Source: Oikopleura dioica
Lineage: Eukaryota > Animalia > Chordata
Length of the DNA: 64,000 bases
Assembly (NCBI GenBank): GCA_907165135.1
Contig: OU015568.1
Span: forward strand, 4,030,001-4,094,000
Direction of reading: 5' to 3'
Shown piece by piece: positions 62,497 through 64,000 of this stretch. How positions within the stretch are numbered: the stretch's first letter is position 1; every line of letters begins with the position of its first letter. Under the pieces are notes generated by a model. That model was not told where the DNA came from and ran no database searches. It saw only the letters and a program-made list of their open reading frames with translations. The translations under genes were made by a program, and so were the position numbers.

Positions 62497-64000
62497 CCGA
62501 ATCCTTTCCATGGAACGATTTTGGGATGGGCGCCTATGCTACTGGAAACAAATCGAATGATGATAATGAACAGTCTGTTCCAGAAGTCGACCCAGGTAAA
62601 AATTTGACTTTCAGGGCCGTTTTCGTGTGTTTTTGTCAGTTTTTTCTTTTACATTTTTGAAGAATTAATCTTTGGAACTTTCATTTTCGAGTCAGATTGC
62701 TCATTTTCCGAGCGAAAATGTCAACCGCCCGTAGAATCATTTTAACAGTCTGATAACTGGTTACCAAGTTATTGCCATTGCGGTTTTTCCACACCCCGAC
62801 TCGGTGCCATATGAAACTTTTGCTAACACGCTTTATCGGCAGCCGCGGCAGCCGCCGGGGTGGCACTCGTTGAATGAGCTTCGAATCCATAAATTGGGCT
62901 TGTAAAAATTCCGAGACATTGAGGGGATATTGATATGCTTATCAGAGAAGAGGGCGACATCCTCTTTTCTTCTCTTCAAATTCGTCTGACAGGATATTGC
63001 CTGGACATATCAGAAGGTGATACAAGCAGACGAGGGAAGCAGGTGTATTTGATTTTTTCACAAGACGAAATAGAGATAGAGACGCGAGTAAACAACGAAA
63101 CATGTATAAGCTGGAAAAGATTGTCTCGAATAGGGATGGGTTTTCAAGCGACGTTCCCTTAATTTTCGAGGTTTTTTTTTCGAAGGTAGTCTTCGTTGAT
63201 TTCTGTGTTGAAAATCGCTGAATTTTCGGGTAATAAATTCCTCGAAAGTTCAGAAAATCCCGTTCTCTAGTCATATCCGCTTTCGAAAGTGGAAACCCAT
63301 CACAAAGTCTTTCTTTGCTTGAAGCTCGCCGTAAGTCGCTTCCCATGGGCCGCGCTATGTTGCCCGGAAAAAAAGGTCACATGTCGCCTGTGACATGAAG
63401 AGGAAGGAAATCATAAAAAGCGCCATTTCCGGCCGCCGCGCAGTATTTTTCGTACCTTGTTAAAGAGTAAAAAGATCGAAAGAGGGGCATCGCGGTGAAA
63501 TCTCTGATCTTTAGGGTTATAAAAGCCGCGCTATGGGGCAAGATAATTGAATTATTATCTGAGAAAAATTTTTATTCTCAGATCTTTTCTACAAAACTAA
63601 TGATTTTTAAATTTTAATCCATTGGTTTTCGCAATGTACTGTTTTGCCAATACAATGATCTTGAAGACATCTATTTCTTGAACCACAATATTCTGAAATC
63701 TCTGATATTTCGGTAGCTATTCTGACTCGGCTTTTCAAGATAACTTAGACCTAACCCTAACCTAAAGCTGAACCCTTCTTGATGAAAATAAGAAGATATT
63801 TTTAATAATGGAAAGAATACCATTCATATTTCTTGAAGTCATAAAAAACTCCTTGAAAGTAGCTTTCGGGAAGTCATAAAATAGTTCCCCACTTCCGCCG
63901 CGGCACACGCACTTTGATCCATCTTCTTCCGCAATTATCGCGTCTTCTTTCTCAAATTACCGTTTTTGATTCTTATGATTTTATTGGACCCTGATTTCTT

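Overview
This is eukaryotic, intron-containing DNA, not prokaryotic. Very short introns (37-90 nt), several GA-AG introns, tightly packed same-strand gene runs and TTAGGG-like tracts point to the appendicularian tunicate Oikopleura (inference; no database search was run). It has a gene-poor region at 0.9-15 kb, a gene-dense core at 15-47.7 kb, and a second gene-poor, motif-rich region at 47.8-64 kb. Genes reconstructed by hand across introns: a Ras-like GTPase (3' part), a C-type lectin, GAPDH, a tail-anchored protein, an ASRGL1-like asparaginase, a small 2-TM protein, a nicotinic acetylcholine receptor alpha subunit, a coiled-coil/kelch-like protein, an arylsulfatase, a pannexin/innexin-like channel, two tandem small secreted peptides, a secreted Ly6/uPAR-like protein, a small basic protein, RFWD3, an SRSF4/5/6-type SR protein and a HEAT-repeat protein. 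Repeats include several MITE/foldback elements, a 55-56 bp hairpin-forming tandem array and a long inverted repeat. Top observations: (1) a 705-bp MITE with a perfect 9-bp TSD sits inside coding exon 1 of the HEAT gene and has in-frame GT-AG splice-out options, so it may be an intron in the making or a null allele; (2) the GAPDH carries substitutions at both classic NAD/NADP specificity positions (D32H and P188S); (3) two tandem paralogous ~65-70 aa secreted two-Cys peptides are absent from the ORF track; (4) an unusually long SR-gene intron has an internal acceptor that would introduce a premature stop. No CRISPR array, rRNA, tRNA or SL RNA was recognised.
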